Shown here one piece after another: positions 17,001-17,075 of a DNA stretch of 17,075 nucleotides. Under the pieces are notes generated by a model that saw only the letters and a program-made list of their open reading frames with translations, made no database searches and was not told the origin of the DNA. The stretch's first letter is position 1. Every line of letters starts with the position of its first letter. The DNA is from Octopus sinensis (taxonomy: Eukaryota): the NCBI RefSeq assembly GCF_006345805.1, contig NW_021824933.1:1-17075 (forward strand), written 5' to 3'. Both the position numbers and the translations under genes were made by a program.

Positions 17001-17075
17001 TGAGTGTATAAAACCATGTATGTATAAAGAAAATTCAGATCAGATGAATATACACCCAGCAGGGATAGGCTTTTG

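Noticed and set aside
2704-17003. Many ORFs rich in YI/CV/HT/YLSI repeats
   Set aside because: They are translations of (TA)n, (TG)n, (CA)n and (TCTA)n tracts and SINE bodies, with no protein family signal.

Overview
AT-rich, microsatellite-dense eukaryotic non-coding DNA, almost certainly from an octopus (coleoid cephalopod). This is inferred from recognising the dominant tRNA-derived SINE families, not from a database search. No intact protein-coding gene is supported: nearly all listed ORFs are translations of (TA)n/(CA)n/(TCTA)n tracts or SINE bodies. Much of the window is three tRNA-SINE families (here called A, B and C), short 3' ends of LINEs (CR1/L2-like and R4/Dong-like) and a Helentron/HINE-like end. 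Several Penelope-like terminal fragments carry minimal type I hammerhead ribozyme motifs of three different sequence types. The most unusual part is about 4380-5470. A CpG-rich, promoter-like stretch is followed by a ~460-nt hairpin-packed segment that begins as a very diverged SINE. It contains a 48-bp stem whose non-Watson-Crick pairs are mostly G-U on the + strand, can pair its 5' and 3' ends, and is followed by T5. This is a candidate SINE-derived structured ncRNA. Several closely spaced inverted SINE pairs could form long dsRNA (potential ADAR substrates).
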